Below, piece by piece: positions 16,637 to 27,932 of a stretch of 39,714 nucleotides of DNA. The notes beneath the pieces are model-generated. The model did no database searches. It was given only the letters and a program-made list of their open reading frames with translations, and was not told where the DNA came from. Position numbers and translations under genes: made by a program. Position 1 is the first letter of the stretch. Each line of letters starts with the position of its first letter. The DNA is from Nitrospinia bacterium (lineage in GTDB: Bacteria > Nitrospinota > Nitrospinia > JACRGO01), in NCBI GenBank assembly GCA_029261755.1, contig JAJDAS010000078.1, forward strand, positions 1-39,714, written 5' to 3'.

Positions 16637-18868
16637 CTAACTTTCCGCAATCCTGCCAATAGGCTCCTTCCAGGTTCTACAAAGGAGATCCAGTTCACAT
16701 GATAGAGAGGGCTTGGAGTCAATGCTAACCTGCAAGCACTCTCCTCCAACTGTTCCGATTTTATAAAGGGGAACTCCTTTTTTCAGGGCTCTAGCGCACA
16801 GATATTCCTCGTCTTTTCCTTCGGAAACCGAAACAACGACCCTGGATTGAGATTCTCCAAATAAATAGGCGTCCTGCCTAATATCCCTTTCGGGAAGCAC
16901 AATTTCAGCTCCCAGGGCTTTTTCAGGGGCCGATATGCAACATTCCGCAAGTGCTACGGCAAGCCCTCCTTCGGAGCAGTCGTGAGCTGACTTGCAGATT
17001 TGCTCTTTAGCCAAATCAATCAGTAACTCTTGGAGGGCCTTTTCCTTTTCCAGGTCCAAAGCCGGCGGGAGCCCCTGGACCTTTCCATGAACCACTGCCA
17101 GGTATTCGCTTCCTCCAATCTCCTCAAAGGTTTCCCCTAATAGATAAACTCTATCCTCGGAATTTTTGAACCATTGCGATAGATGTTTTTCAGCATCCTC
17201 AAGAATACCCACCGCGCCAACAGTGGGAGTAGGGTAAATCCCTTCCCCGTTGGTTTCGTTATAGAAGCTGACATTTCCCGCAACCACCGGAGTATTCAAC
17301 GCCGTACAGGCGTCGCTAAGGCCCCTGATGGATTCTACGAATTGCCACATGGTTTCCGGCTTTTCAGGATTTCCGAAATTAAGGCAGTCGGTGATGGCAA
17401 GAGGTTTCGCCCCGGAGCAGGCAAGGTTTCTGGCGCTCTCCGCTACGGTGATCTTTCCTCCAACATAGGGATCCAAAAAAACATAACGACTATTGCAGTC
17501 TACGGAAATGGCTATAGCTTTATCGGTTCCAGGGACCCGAATTATGGAGCTGTCCGACCCTGGCAAAAGTATGGTGTTGATCCTCACCATATGGTCGTAT
17601 TGCTGGTAAATCCATTCCTTAGAAGCGATGCTTGGTGTGGCAAGGAGTTTGAGAAGTGTTTCACCGGCATTCTCCGGTTCGGGAATATCCTTAAGATCCA
17701 AAGTTTGAATCTCTTTTAAGTTTTGCGGCGCTTGAGCTGGACGATCAAGAACCGGTGCCTCATCAGTCAACGATTCAACCGGGATATCCACTGCAAGCTT
17801 TTGGCTATCGAGAATTCGGAATTTTCCATCTTCCGTTACCTTGCCGATCTGAACCACATCCAGATCCCATTTTTGGAAAATTCTTTCCACATCTTTTTCC
17901 TTGCCCTTGTTTGCCACGATCAACATCCGCTCTTGGGATTCGGAAAGCAGAATTTCGTAAGGTGTCATGCCGGTTTCACGTCTGGGAACATGGGCCATCT
18001 CTATCTCAATTCCCATCCCCCCGCGGGCTGCCATTTCCACGGATGAAGATGTGAGGCCCGCAGCCCCCATATCCTGAATACCCACAATTAGATCTTTCTT
18101 CATCACTTCCAGGCAGGCCTCCACCAGGAGTTTCTCCGTAAAGGGATCTCCCACCTGTACCGTAGGCTTTTTTTCTTCCGAGTCCTCTTCAAAGGAATCC
18201 GATGCCATGGTGGCGCCGTGTATACCGTCCCTGCCGGTTTTGGAGCCCACGTAAAAGACCGGGTTTCCCACACCGGCGGCAATACCTTTGAATATCCCCT
18301 CTTTTTTAGCCAACCCCAGACAAAAGGCATTCACCAGGATATTGCCATTGTAACAGGGATCGAAATAAACCTCGCCGCCAATGGTGGGTACGCCTATGCA
18401 GTTCCCATATCCGGCAATGCCACTTACCACGCCGTTCAGAAGGAATTTTGTCTTAGGATGGCTGGGTGAGCCGAATCTAAGAGAATTGAGCAACGCCAGC
18501 GGCCTGGCGCCCATGGTAAACACATCTCGCAAGATTCCACCAACGCCTGTGGCGGCACCCTGGTATGGCTCTATAAAAGAGGGATGATTATGGCTTTCCA
18601 TCTTGAAGACCACAGCAAGGCCATCTCCAATGTCCACCACACCGGCGTTTTCACCCGGTCCCTGGATGACTTGAGGACCTTTGGTGGGGAATTTACTCAG
18701 GTGGCGGCGGGAGCTTTTATAACTGCAATGTTCACTCCACATAACGGAGAATACCCCAAGTTCGGTATAGTTGGGCTCTCTGCCGAGCATTTCCAGGATT
18801 TTTTGATACTCTGCCTGGCTAAGCCCGTGGCTCTCCACCAGTTCTTTTGTAATTTTGATCTCGCTCAT
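16637..18868 (-). CDS. purL: FGAM synthase synthetase subunit (small-type PurL)
   Basis: [44 protein letters not shown]. Confidence 0.98.
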   Translation of the reverse strand: MSEIKITKELVESHGLSQAEYQKILEMLGREPNYTELGVFSVMWSEHCSYKSSRRHLSKFPTKGPQVIQGPGENAGVVDIGDGLAVVFKMESHNHPSFIEPYQGAATGVGGILRDVFTMGARPLALLNSLRFGSPSHPKTKFLLNGVVSGIAGYGNCIGVPTIGGEVYFDPCYNGNILVNAFCLGLAKKEGIFKGIAAGVGNPVFYVGSKTGRDGIHGATMASDSFEEDSEEKKPTVQVGDPFTEKLLVEACLEVMKKDLIVGIQDMGAAGLTSSSVEMAARGGMGIEIEMAHVPRRETGMTPYEILLSESQERMLIVANKGKEKDVERIFQKWDLDVVQIGKVTEDGKFRILDSQKLAVDIPVESLTDEAPVLDRPAQAPQNLKEIQTLDLKDIPEPENAGETLLKLLATPSIASKEWIYQQYDHMVRINTILLPGSDSSIIRVPGTDKAIAISVDCNSRYVFLDPYVGGKITVAESARNLACSGAKPLAITDCLNFGNPEKPETMWQFVESIRGLSDACTALNTPVVAGNVSFYNETNGEGIYPTPTVGAVGILEDAEKHLSQWFKNSEDRVYLLGETFEEIGGSEYLAVVHGKVQGLPPALDLEKEKALQELLIDLAKEQICKSAHDCSEGGLAVALAECCISAPEKALGAEIVLPERDIRQDAYLFGESQSRVVVSVSEGKDEEYLCARALKKGVPLYKIGTVGGECLQVSIDSKPSLSCELDLLCRTWKEPIGRIAES

Positions 18869-18918
18869 TATCTAGAGGGTGGTGAAAAGTTAACCGCTCA
18901 ACTCCTTTTTATGGGAGA

Positions 18919-19599
18919 TCAACGGAGGATGGATTCGAAAATTAGCCTGCCGTCCGATTTTCCAAGGATGGGTTCCGAGCAACGTTCGGGATGAGGCATC
19001 ATTCCCAAAACATTTTTCTTTTGGTTTGTGATGCCAGCGATATTCAAAATAGACCCGTTTGGATTGGCTGCGTCAGTTACATCACCGGTTTCCGTGGAAT
19101 ATTGAAAAACAACCTGCCCGTTTTGTTCAAGTTCCCGCAAGGTTTGTTCATCCGCAAAATAGTTGCCTTCGGCATTGGCTATGGGGATCTTCAAAACATT
19201 TCCTTCCCGCATCTCTTGAGTAAAAGGGGAAGTGGGACTTTTGACCCTTATATGGACATTTTTGCAGATGAACCGGAGGTTTCGGTTATGCAGAAAGGCC
19301 CCCGGGAGAAGGCCGGATTCTACTAAAATTTGAAATCCGTTACAAATGCCAATTACCAGTCCTCCCGATTCCGCAAAGCCTTTAACCTCTTTCATAATGG
19401 GAGAGAATTTGGCTATGGAGCCGCACCGCAGGTAGTCGCCATAAGAAAAACCTCCTGGAAGGACCAAGCAGTCGAACCCTTTTACGGATGTGTTTTTATG
19501 CCAAATGAACTCGGTTTCCTGCTTCAGGACATGTTTCAGAACATGGTAACAATCGTGGTCGCAGTTAGAGCCGGGGAATACAACAATGCCGAATTTCAT
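18919..19599 (-). CDS. purQ: FGAM synthase glutaminase subunit
   Basis: [31 protein letters not shown]. Confidence 0.98.
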   Translation of the reverse strand: MKFGIVVFPGSNCDHDCYHVLKHVLKQETEFIWHKNTSVKGFDCLVLPGGFSYGDYLRCGSIAKFSPIMKEVKGFAESGGLVIGICNGFQILVESGLLPGAFLHNRNLRFICKNVHIRVKSPTSPFTQEMREGNVLKIPIANAEGNYFADEQTLRELEQNGQVVFQYSTETGDVTDAANPNGSILNIAGITNQKKNVLGMMPHPERCSEPILGKSDGRLIFESILR

Positions 19600-19660
19600 A
19601 TGTCTTTAAGCCAATTGGTTGAAAAGAGAGTTGAGGGTTGTTTAGGGGCGAGTAAAAACT

Positions 19661-19909
19661 TTAATTAGGATCCAGCTCAAAGGTGTAATCTTCGATAACT
19701 GTATTGGCAAGAAGACTTTCACACATCTTGTTAACCTTTTCTGCGGCAATGGCCCGATCTTCCTGGTCAACTTTGATTTCGATAAACTTTCCGATTCTTA
19801 CATCGTCAACTTCTGTGAAGCCCAGGGTTTCAAGGGCATGATGCACTGCCTTCCCTTGGGGGTCAAGGACGCTCTTCTTCGGAGAAATGGAGATTTTTGC
19901 GGTATACAT
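19661..19909 (-). CDS. purS: FGAM synthase subunit PurS
   Basis: VLDPQG, VRIGK, LLANTVIEDY; operon position. Confidence 0.97.
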   Translation of the reverse strand: MYTAKISISPKKSVLDPQGKAVHHALETLGFTEVDDVRIGKFIEIKVDQEDRAIAAEKVNKMCESLLANTVIEDYTFELDPN

Positions 19910-20076
19910 GGATGAAAAGGTTTAGAGGAATAAGGGAGTTTGGCGGCGGCTGGTTTTGGGTACTCTGCTTTGCCAAATAATTTTTTGAAAAAAAGCGTTA
20001 AATTGGCAAGCATACCACTTTGAAGGGGCTGTGCCAATGATGGAGTTATTGGTTAAAAGAACTATTAATCTTTGCA

Positions 20077-20463
20077 TTATCGCGAGAGAATGGACAATAC
20101 GCCCTGAAGTTCTTTTTTAGTTTCATCGCATGCCTTACAAAAATCTATTTTACCGAAATCCAGGCTTTGTTGCAGTTCTTTGTTTTGGGAAGAATCCGGA
20201 TCTTTTTTGTTTTCCTTCTTTTTATTTTTCCTGCTTAGCTCCTTTTTGGCCCCTTGGATGGTGTAACCATCCTCATAGAGGAGCTTTTTGATTTTTAATA
20301 CTAACTCAACGTCCCGTTTTACATAGAGCCGTTGCCCGGAATCATTTTTTCGGGGGCGCAGGGAAGGAAATTCGGTCTCCCAGTATCGAAGGATATGTGG
20401 TTCCAACTTCGTGATACTAGAGACTTCCCCGATCTTGAAAAAGAGTTTATCAGGGATTTCCAT
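20077..20463 (-). CDS. MerR-family HTH protein (type found downstream of ihfA)
   Basis: [39 protein letters not shown]. Confidence 0.92.
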   Translation of the reverse strand: MEIPDKLFFKIGEVSSITKLEPHILRYWETEFPSLRPRKNDSGQRLYVKRDVELVLKIKKLLYEDGYTIQGAKKELSRKNKKKENKKDPDSSQNKELQQSLDFGKIDFCKACDETKKELQGVLSILSR

Positions 20464-20469
20464 GGTATA

Positions 20470-20742
20470 TTATTTTACAGCTTCCTTCAAATATCGACTT
20501 GGTTTAAAGGAAAGAACCTTTCTGGAAGAAATAACGATCTCTTCGCCTGTGGTTGGGTCACGCCCAATCCGCTCCTTTTTTTTCTTGACATTGAAACGGC
20601 CAAACCCGACGATTTGGACATTTTTTTCCGCTTCCAGTGTTTCCTTGATTACGTTAAGAATTTCTTCCACGGAAACAACGGCGAGTTTTCTTTGATAGCC
20701 GATTTTTTCATAAATATAGTTTACAATATCTGATTTAACCAC
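20470..20742 (-). CDS. ihfA: Integration host factor subunit (alpha-like)
   Basis: GFGRF..RIGRDPTTGEEI..RKVLSFKPS; GTG start; adjacent to the MerR-type gene. Confidence 0.8.
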   Translation of the reverse strand: MVKSDIVNYIYEKIGYQRKLAVVSVEEILNVIKETLEAEKNVQIVGFGRFNVKKKKERIGRDPTTGEEIVISSRKVLSFKPSRYLKEAVK

Positions 20743-20803
20743 GGTTTCCTCCGCCAGGTTCGTAAAAAAATATTAATAAATCAGGACTTAAAAAATCGAT
20801 TTA

Positions 20804-22879
20804 CTACTCTTTTTTTCTTTCCTCGATTACTTTATCAGCGAAATGCCCCGGCACTTCCTCAAAATGGGAAAAGCTTGTTGTAAAGGTGCCTCGGCCACCC
20901 GTCATGGCCCTCAAATCAGGGGCATACTTCATGATTTCCGCCATGGGCACCTTTGCTTTTACAGTTTGATAGTCATCCGCAGGCTCCACTCCCAGAACCT
21001 TCCCTCTCTTGGAGTTCAAATCTCCAATAACATCTCCAACACTGTCCGTGGGTACAAACACCTCTATGTCTTTAATGGGTTCCAATAATACCGGTTTGCA
21101 CTCCAACACCCCTTTTTTGAATCCCATGGAACCTGCAACTTTGAAAGCCATCTCGGAAGAATCTACATCATGGTAAGAACCATCGTAAAGGCTCACTTTC
21201 AAGTCCACAGTGGGGTACCCGGCAAGGACTCCTCCTGCCATGGCCTCGACAATCCCCTTTTCAACGGCGGGAATATATTGTCTCGGAATAGCGCCCCCGA
21301 CAATTTTGTTTTCAAAAACAAATCCTTCTCCCCTGCCAAGAGGACTGATTTCAAGCCAGGTATCTCCATACTGCCCTCTTCCTCCACTCTGCTTCTTATA
21401 TTTCCCTTGGACTTTGGTAGTACCTCGGATCGTTTCTTTGTATGGGACTCTTGGGGTTTTGACATTCACCTCCACCCCGAACTTTCTTTTCAATCTTTCA
21501 ACAATAACTTCCAGGTGAACCACACCCATGCCGGAGATGATCAGTTCGTTGGTTTCCCTATCCCGTTCCACACGCAAAACAGGGTCTTCTTCCGTCAAAC
21601 GGTGTAACGAGGTGGAGACTTTCTCCTCATCCTCTTTGGATTTTGGAACCACAGCCATACCGATTACAGGGTTCGGGAATGTTATTTTCTCGAAGACCTT
21701 CGTGGTTTTATCGCTGCACAGGGTATCCCCCGTCTCTGTAGCTTTCAGCTTGCTGATACAACCAAAGTCACCTGGCTTCACACTGGATACCGGTATCTGC
21801 TTTTTGCCCTGGAGGAAGAAGACCTGGCCTATATGCTCCTGGGTTTCCTTGGAAGAATTGTAAACATTGCTGTCGGCCTTCAAACTTCCGGAGTACACCC
21901 GAAAAATGCTCAATTTGCCGGCGAAGGGGTCCGCCACCGTCTTAAAAACCAAGGCCGAAAGAGGACTTGACTCGGAAACCTTGCAAGCCTCCTCATTGCC
22001 GGATTTCGGCTCAATCATTTTTGGCTCAGGGATATCCAGTGGAGAGGGAAAAAACTCGGACAAACAATCCAATGCCAGGGATGCGCCCCAATTATTAACG
22101 GCAGACCCACAAAGAACCGGGACAAAGCTACCGCTTGAAATTCCCGCTTTTAGCCCCATAAATATTTCTTCCTCCGATAGCTCTCCCCCTTCAAGATACT
22201 TTTCCGTCAAGTCGTCGTCGGTTTCGGCGGCTACCTCAATGATTTTCTCACGGTGTTCTTCCGCCAGTTTCAAAAGCTCTTCAGGGATCTCTTTTATTTC
22301 GTTCTTCCCTTTGGAATCCTTGGAAAAATAAACGGCCTTCATGGCCAAAAGATCCACCACGCCTTTGAACTCGAGCCCCTTCCCGATGGGTAGTTGAAAA
22401 CTAACAGGATTTTGCTTGAATTTCTGCTGGATAGCATCAAAACACCGGATCATATCGGCTTCTTCGTGGTCCAGTTTATTGATGAAAACCAACCTCGGAA
22501 TGTTCCTGGCGTCCGCCCATTTCCAAACCTTTTCCGTTACCACTTCCACACCTGTCTGAGCGTTGACCACCACCACGGCGGAGTCCATTACCCGTATGCA
22601 TACCTCCGTTTCTGCAATAAAATTCGCGAAACCGGGAGTGTCCAATATGTTGATTTTTTTATTCTTCCACTCGCAAAACCCCAGGGAAACGTTGATGGAA
22701 ATTCCTCTCTTAATCTCGTCCGGGTCGAAGTCCATCACGCTGGAGTTATCGCCGACTTTCCCCAACCGGTCAGAATTTCCGGATGTAAAGAGCATTGCCT
22801 CGACTAAGGAAGTCTTTCCGGCATTTCCATGTCCGATAATTCCCACATTTCGGATATTTTCGGTTCCATATTCCTTCAT
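20804..22879 (-). CDS. fusA: Elongation factor G paralogue (EF-G2 type)
   Basis: GHGNAGKTS, RGISI, DTPGF (His replaced), NKLD, KQSGGRGQYG, GSYHDVDSSEMAF; outside the str operon. Confidence 0.92.
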   Translation of the reverse strand: MKEYGTENIRNVGIIGHGNAGKTSLVEAMLFTSGNSDRLGKVGDNSSVMDFDPDEIKRGISINVSLGFCEWKNKKINILDTPGFANFIAETEVCIRVMDSAVVVVNAQTGVEVVTEKVWKWADARNIPRLVFINKLDHEEADMIRCFDAIQQKFKQNPVSFQLPIGKGLEFKGVVDLLAMKAVYFSKDSKGKNEIKEIPEELLKLAEEHREKIIEVAAETDDDLTEKYLEGGELSEEEIFMGLKAGISSGSFVPVLCGSAVNNWGASLALDCLSEFFPSPLDIPEPKMIEPKSGNEEACKVSESSPLSALVFKTVADPFAGKLSIFRVYSGSLKADSNVYNSSKETQEHIGQVFFLQGKKQIPVSSVKPGDFGCISKLKATETGDTLCSDKTTKVFEKITFPNPVIGMAVVPKSKEDEEKVSTSLHRLTEEDPVLRVERDRETNELIISGMGVVHLEVIVERLKRKFGVEVNVKTPRVPYKETIRGTTKVQGKYKKQSGGRGQYGDTWLEISPLGRGEGFVFENKIVGGAIPRQYIPAVEKGIVEAMAGGVLAGYPTVDLKVSLYDGSYHDVDSSEMAFKVAGSMGFKKGVLECKPVLLEPIKDIEVFVPTDSVGDVIGDLNSKRGKVLGVEPADDYQTVKAKVPMAEIMKYAPDLRAMTGGRGTFTTSFSHFEEVPGHFADKVIEERKKE

Positions 22880-22967
22880 TGGAGAACTCCTGTTTGTTTT
22901 AAGGTTCGCTAACTAGGCTATTTTAATATCATTTTTGGCTATGGTTGTCAAGAATACCCAATATTTT

Positions 22968-23816
22968 CTACGCTTTAGTGTATATGGCAGGTTCCACATG
23001 CTTCAAACCAATGGTTGTTCGACCAAGGGATTCGGCATGGCCGGTGAAAACATACCCTGAACTGGAAAGATGAAGAATGAAATTTTGTAAAATTTTGTTT
23101 TTTGTCGCTTGGTCGAAATAGATCATCACATTTCGGCAAAAGATCAGGTCAAACTTTCTTTGAAAAGGATACTGAGGGTTTAAGAGGTTGAATCGACGAA
23201 AAGTAACCAATTTCCTCATTTCCGCATCTATCTGATATTCTTTTTCGAGGCCTTTTCCCGGCAATCTATTAAAGTAGCGGTTCAGGAAAGCTTTGGGAAT
23301 GGTTTGGACTTCCTTTTGGCTATAAATTCCTCTCTCTCCAACCTCCAGTACCTTGGTGGAGATGTCCGTGGCAAGAATTTTTAGGTCCCATCCTGCCAGT
23401 GACTCGAAAAACTCTTTGACCACCATGGCTATGGAATATGGTTCCGTACCTGTGGAACATGCCGCGCTCCATATACGAATGGTCTTGCTGCGCTCTTTTT
23501 TTTTATCTCCTACCAAGTTTGGCAAAAAAACCTCTTTCATGAATTTAAAATGATGGTCTTCGCGAAAAAAGTGGGTTACGTTGGTGCTCAGCGCATCGAT
23601 TAACTCCACCAGGACAGTTCCGGTTTTATCATTTTCAAGCTGTTGAATGATTGCCTTAGGGCCGGCTAGCTTCCTTTTCCTCACCATAGTGGCCAGACGG
23701 GCATTTACCAGGTCCCTTTTTTTTTGGAGGGTGATACCGGCCTCTTTGTAAACAATGTCTACAAGCCTTTGGAACTCCTGATCGGTTATCGGTTCTTTTC
23801 TGGAAGTTTCTGCCAT
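22968..23816 (-). CDS. cheR: Chemotaxis protein-glutamate O-methyltransferase
   Basis: STNVTHFFRE, IWSAACSTGTEPYS, ATDIS, DLIFCRNVMIYF, GHAES. GGAG precedes ATG 23816; TTG 23828 is an alternative start. Confidence 0.95.
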   Translation of the reverse strand: MAETSRKEPITDQEFQRLVDIVYKEAGITLQKKRDLVNARLATMVRKRKLAGPKAIIQQLENDKTGTVLVELIDALSTNVTHFFREDHHFKFMKEVFLPNLVGDKKKERSKTIRIWSAACSTGTEPYSIAMVVKEFFESLAGWDLKILATDISTKVLEVGERGIYSQKEVQTIPKAFLNRYFNRLPGKGLEKEYQIDAEMRKLVTFRRFNLLNPQYPFQRKFDLIFCRNVMIYFDQATKNKILQNFILHLSSSGYVFTGHAESLGRTTIGLKHVEPAIYTKA

Positions 23817-24032
23817 ATCTTTCTCCAACTTTATTTTTGCTTTGTATGATTATACCTAAACATACCGGCATTTGCAGTTAAAAGCGTTATTTTAGAGAAA
23901 CCCCAATCAGAACCGATTTTGAGGAGAAATGCTATAACAATTTTCTGATTTACCCTTATAGGCTCCGAACTCTATAATTGAATACCGAAACCTTTTATTT
24001 ATGATTTTAAAATATGTTATGATCCCTACGTT

Positions 24033-25721
24033 ATGAAAAAAAATCCCATCGTCTTTTTAGCTACTGACCACACCAGCATTAACGGCCGAATCGAGTCGAT
24101 GCTGAAAAAGAACAAATGGCTGGACCCGTTGGTGGTGGCAACCGTGGATTTGGATGCCGCCCTGGAAAAGTCCAGGCCCGCCTTGATTATTCTTACCGAG
24201 AACTTTGATATCTGTAAAAGACTCAAGACCAGTGAGTCTTCCAAGGATATTCCCATCCTTATTCTACTCTTCGACGCCGATTTAGAAAAAGAGGCTCGCC
24301 ATGCCCAAGCTGACAGATGCTGGGAATATGTTCCCACGGAGTTGGATGGTCTTTATAATCTGATTATTCAACTTCTACCCAAAGGTCGGAAAAAAATCCT
24401 GGTTGCCGATGATGAAGAGATAGTGCAAGACGTGATTTGCAGAGCCTTGGATACTGAAAAATATGACATCATCAAGGCCTGCAATGGAGTGGAGGCAGTG
24501 GAAAAAATATTGGAATACAAACCGGACCTCGTCCTCCTGGATATCAATATGCCGGAAAAAAATGGGATTGAGGTTTGCCAGGAAATAAAGCAAGATCCGG
24601 AAAATTCCGACATCCATATCATCTTTGTATCAGCCAGAACGGAGGAAAATGTCATTGAAAAGGGTTTTGACGTAGGCGCGGATGACTACCTTACCAAGCC
24701 CTTCCGGCTGGAAGAACTGGTTTCCAAAATCGACCTTGTTTTTAGCGGTATGATTTGGGAACGCAAGGAAAAGGTTTTGATCGTGGATGATAGTTCCATT
24801 GTAAGAAGCATGCTGTATAACGGCATCAGCCAGCAGGGCTTCAAAGTCATTACCGCATGTGACGGCGAAGAAGGGTTGAAGGAGGCCATAGAAGAAAAAC
24901 CCGATATCATCATATCCGATGTGGAGATGCCCAAGATGAATGGCTATGAATTCTGCAAAGCCGTCAGAGGCCGTGATGATCTGAAAGAAATTCCATTTCT
25001 CATGTTAACAAGCCGAGACACCAGGGGAGCAAGAGCCCTGGGTATCAGAGCAGGGGTCAATACCTACCTTTCCAAACCTTTCCAGGTGGACCGTATTGTG
25101 GTCATCATCGAAAGGTTTCTTTCGGAAAAAAGGAAAAAATTCGAGCAGGAAAGGGAGGTGATGATCGCCTCCATAGCGGCCCTCGCCAAGGCTTTGGATG
25201 AGCGCGACCGATACACCCGGTACCATTCCCAGAATGTTTCGGACTATTCAGTTGAAATAGCGAAAAAATTGAATTTGAGCAACAATGAAATTGAACAAAT
25301 CAGGCTCAGCGGCATTGTACACGATATAGGCAAAATAGGAATCTGCGATGCGATATTGCTGAAACCCGGCCCTTTGACCCAGGAAGAATTTCTTGTAATT
25401 CAGGAGCACCCGGTGAAGGGCGCCTCCATCTTAAGGCCCATTCCCAGTTTGAAGCCTATTATCCCTTTTATCCAATACCATCATGAACGAATAGATGGAC
25501 GAGGATATCCAAGCGGGTTGGCAGGCGACAATATACCCCTGGGGGCGAGGATCATCGGTGTGGCGGATACTTATGACGCCTTGACCACAGACCGGCCTTA
25601 TCGGAAAGGAAAAACCCCCGCCGAGGCGTTGGAGATCATGGTTAAATGTAAAGGAAGCCAGTTTTGTGAGGTCTGCTTGCCCCCCATGATCGAAGTATTG
25701 AAGGAACAGGGGAAGATCTAA
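24033..25721 (+). CDS. Multi-receiver HD-GYP protein (likely c-di-GMP phosphodiesterase)
   Basis: Degenerate N-terminal REC, two intact RECs (LLDINMP, ISDVEMP), HDIGK, HHERIDGRGYP, DRPYR. Confidence 0.93.
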   Translation: MKKNPIVFLATDHTSINGRIESMLKKNKWLDPLVVATVDLDAALEKSRPALIILTENFDICKRLKTSESSKDIPILILLFDADLEKEARHAQADRCWEYVPTELDGLYNLIIQLLPKGRKKILVADDEEIVQDVICRALDTEKYDIIKACNGVEAVEKILEYKPDLVLLDINMPEKNGIEVCQEIKQDPENSDIHIIFVSARTEENVIEKGFDVGADDYLTKPFRLEELVSKIDLVFSGMIWERKEKVLIVDDSSIVRSMLYNGISQQGFKVITACDGEEGLKEAIEEKPDIIISDVEMPKMNGYEFCKAVRGRDDLKEIPFLMLTSRDTRGARALGIRAGVNTYLSKPFQVDRIVVIIERFLSEKRKKFEQEREVMIASIAALAKALDERDRYTRYHSQNVSDYSVEIAKKLNLSNNEIEQIRLSGIVHDIGKIGICDAILLKPGPLTQEEFLVIQEHPVKGASILRPIPSLKPIIPFIQYHHERIDGRGYPSGLAGDNIPLGARIIGVADTYDALTTDRPYRKGKTPAEALEIMVKCKGSQFCEVCLPPMIEVLKEQGKI

Positions 25722-25808
25722 AAAGAAAATTCTGCCTTACTTCCGACCGTATAGTTCATTTGCTATTCTGGATTAGCGCCCTTTGCCTCCTGCATCTCCT
25801 TTAAAAAA

Positions 25809-26483
25809 ATGACATTAAAAAAGGTTATTGCGAAATCCAACTGGGAACGTGTACGTCAAGTCTTTCTGCTCAATTACCCAAGCCAGAAAAAAACAATCAC
25901 CGGATATGAAAGCGTTTATAAAAAGTTGCGATCCAAGTCCCCCGCAAGCTCAAAAATGAAATTATATTGCGAGCAACAAGAGCCCACGATAAAAGGAGAC
26001 GAGCAATTTCACGAGCTATACGGCATAGACGGAACCAAAAGAGAAGACGGGGAATTGGAAAAATTTTCGTTGAGTCTCAGCCCATGGTCACTTTGGCTTG
26101 GTTCATCACTATCAAAAGAGATATTAAGCAACTATACAATAGAAGAAATTATTTCCCACTGCCTATATGAAATGACCTTTCATGGTTTTTCTGAGGCAGA
26201 AATTAAAAAGTTTAATAAAGAGTTGGTTGCTCAAAATGAAGACTACAAAGACCCGGTCAGATTTATTATCGTGTCAAAGTTGCTCCCCGGGTCCAAATGG
26301 CAGCTTTTTTTCAATCTTTCCGATGACACATGGTGTAGTGACATAGATTCCGCTACTATTTTTAAGCGCGAAAATTATGCCTCGGCTATGCTGAAAGCTT
26401 TAAGCAGAAAGAAAGACAAGTCAACGATATTAGCTAAAATCACTATTAAAGACAAAAAACGAAGGATTTTGCAATATTTATAA
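25809..26483 (+). CDS. Hypothetical protein (DUF6557-like N-terminal part), AT-rich
   Basis: PWSLWLG..HCLYEMTFHGF resembles DUF6557 as recalled; extra ~80-aa C-terminal segment. Confidence 0.5.
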   Translation: MTLKKVIAKSNWERVRQVFLLNYPSQKKTITGYESVYKKLRSKSPASSKMKLYCEQQEPTIKGDEQFHELYGIDGTKREDGELEKFSLSLSPWSLWLGSSLSKEILSNYTIEEIISHCLYEMTFHGFSEAEIKKFNKELVAQNEDYKDPVRFIIVSKLLPGSKWQLFFNLSDDTWCSDIDSATIFKRENYASAMLKALSRKKDKSTILAKITIKDKKRRILQYL

Positions 26484-26539
26484 CAGCCTGGAAAGTTCAC
26501 CTCTTTCATTGCACAATTCAGTTCACCATATCTACAGTT

Positions 26540-26715
26540 AAATACAGGATCGCGAAACATTTAACGATGAAGCTTTTGCAAAAGAAGTAGATGTGTCTGT
26601 AAAGATGATCGCGAGGTATGAAGCTGAAGAATATACTAATATAAGCGATGAAACTTTTAAGAAGATATTACAAAGCTTGCCATTGAAATTGAATAAAACA
26701 CTTAAAGAAACTTAA
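26540..26715 (+). pseudogene. Frameshifted 3' remnant of an XRE-type HTH gene
   Basis: KYRIAKHLT, then after a frameshift at ~26566 EAFAKEVDVSVKMIARYEAEEYTNISDETFKKILQSL...*. Confidence 0.7.
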
Positions 26716-26779
26716 AAACGGAAGTTCACTTTTTTCTAACCCAATGATTTGGTTGAGTTTATTTAGGTTTTTGATTGCC

Positions 26780-27832
26780 TTAGCCTCCGGCTCTGTCCAT
26801 TGCACTTCCTCCCAATTGCCCGCAAGCGGCACAGACATCCTCCCCCCTGCTCTTTCTGGTAAATACCGTTATATTAGAATCGATTAAGATTTTATGAAAT
26901 CGAGCCACTTGCTCCGATGCTTTGGACTGGAAAGGCGCTCCTTCCCAGGAGTTCAAAGGGATCAGGTTCACTTTGCTGCTTATTCCACGAAGAAGTTTTA
27001 CCAGCTTTAGCGCCTCTTCGTCGGAGTCATTCAATCCGGGAATCAGGACATATTCAAAGGTGATTCGCCTGCTGGGTTGGAGAGGGTAATCCCGGCAGAA
27101 TTTCAACAAATCTTTCATGGGATACTTTTTGTTAATGGGCATAATTTTATCCCTTGTTTCTCCATCTGCGGCATTCAGAGAGATAGCCAGATTTATTTTC
27201 ATCTTTTCTTCTTGAAAGCGCTTGAGAGCCGGGAGTAAGCCCACAGTGGAAAGAGTGATTTTTCTCGACCCTATTTTTAAGCCAAAAGGGGAAGAAAAAA
27301 CTTTTAACGCTTTCAGGACGCTATCGTAGTTATCCAAGGGTTCACCCATGCCCATTAACACCAAGTTGGTCACACTTTTTTCCGGCCCCAACCACTCCTG
27401 AACCATTAAAACCTGTTGGATGATTTCCGATGCGGAAAGGTTGCGGAGAAACCCCATTTTTCCGGTGAGGCAAAAAGCACAATTGAATTTGCACCCTACC
27501 TGTGTGGAAATGCAAAGGGACCTTTTGTTGTCATCCGGCATATAAACCCCTTCTACGGACAATCCATCATTTAAACCAAAAAGAAACTTAATCGTACCAT
27601 CACTGGATTCCACAAAACCCTTGATTTTTAAACTTCGAATGGAAAACTGCTGGTCCATTTTTTCTCTCAATGCCTTGGAAAGATTGCTCATTTTTTCAAA
27701 AGAATCTACTTTTTTGAGGTAAATCCACTCTATTACCTGCTTGCAGCGATATGACGACTCACTCCATTCTTTTAAAACCAGCTCCAGCTCTTCAAAGCTC
27801 AGATCCATAATATTTTCTTTTTGCATTAGCAA
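26780..27832 (-). CDS. rlmN: 23S rRNA m2A2503/tRNA radical SAM methyltransferase
   Basis: DGTIKFL, CISTQVGCKFNCAFC, MGMGEP, ITFEYVLI, AACGQL. Confidence 0.97.
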   Translation of the reverse strand: MLMQKENIMDLSFEELELVLKEWSESSYRCKQVIEWIYLKKVDSFEKMSNLSKALREKMDQQFSIRSLKIKGFVESSDGTIKFLFGLNDGLSVEGVYMPDDNKRSLCISTQVGCKFNCAFCLTGKMGFLRNLSASEIIQQVLMVQEWLGPEKSVTNLVLMGMGEPLDNYDSVLKALKVFSSPFGLKIGSRKITLSTVGLLPALKRFQEEKMKINLAISLNAADGETRDKIMPINKKYPMKDLLKFCRDYPLQPSRRITFEYVLIPGLNDSDEEALKLVKLLRGISSKVNLIPLNSWEGAPFQSKASEQVARFHKILIDSNITVFTRKSRGEDVCAACGQLGGSAMDRAGG

Positions 27833-27932
27833 ATCCTTTAAGGTAAAATTAAATCATTTCTTTATTCTAATTAACTAAAAGGTAATCACGCAATTTTTTT
27901 GAGCTTTTGGTTTCTCCAAGGAGAGTTTATCT

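Noticed and set aside
19910-20076. Possible purine/ZTP/PRPP riboswitch upstream of purS
   Set aside because: No recognisable aptamer core or terminator on the minus strand; an Rfam scan would settle it.
26476-26540. TAAC at a stop codon suggesting an integron attC site
   Set aside because: No convincing complementary GTTRRRY end or internal palindrome, and no integrase.
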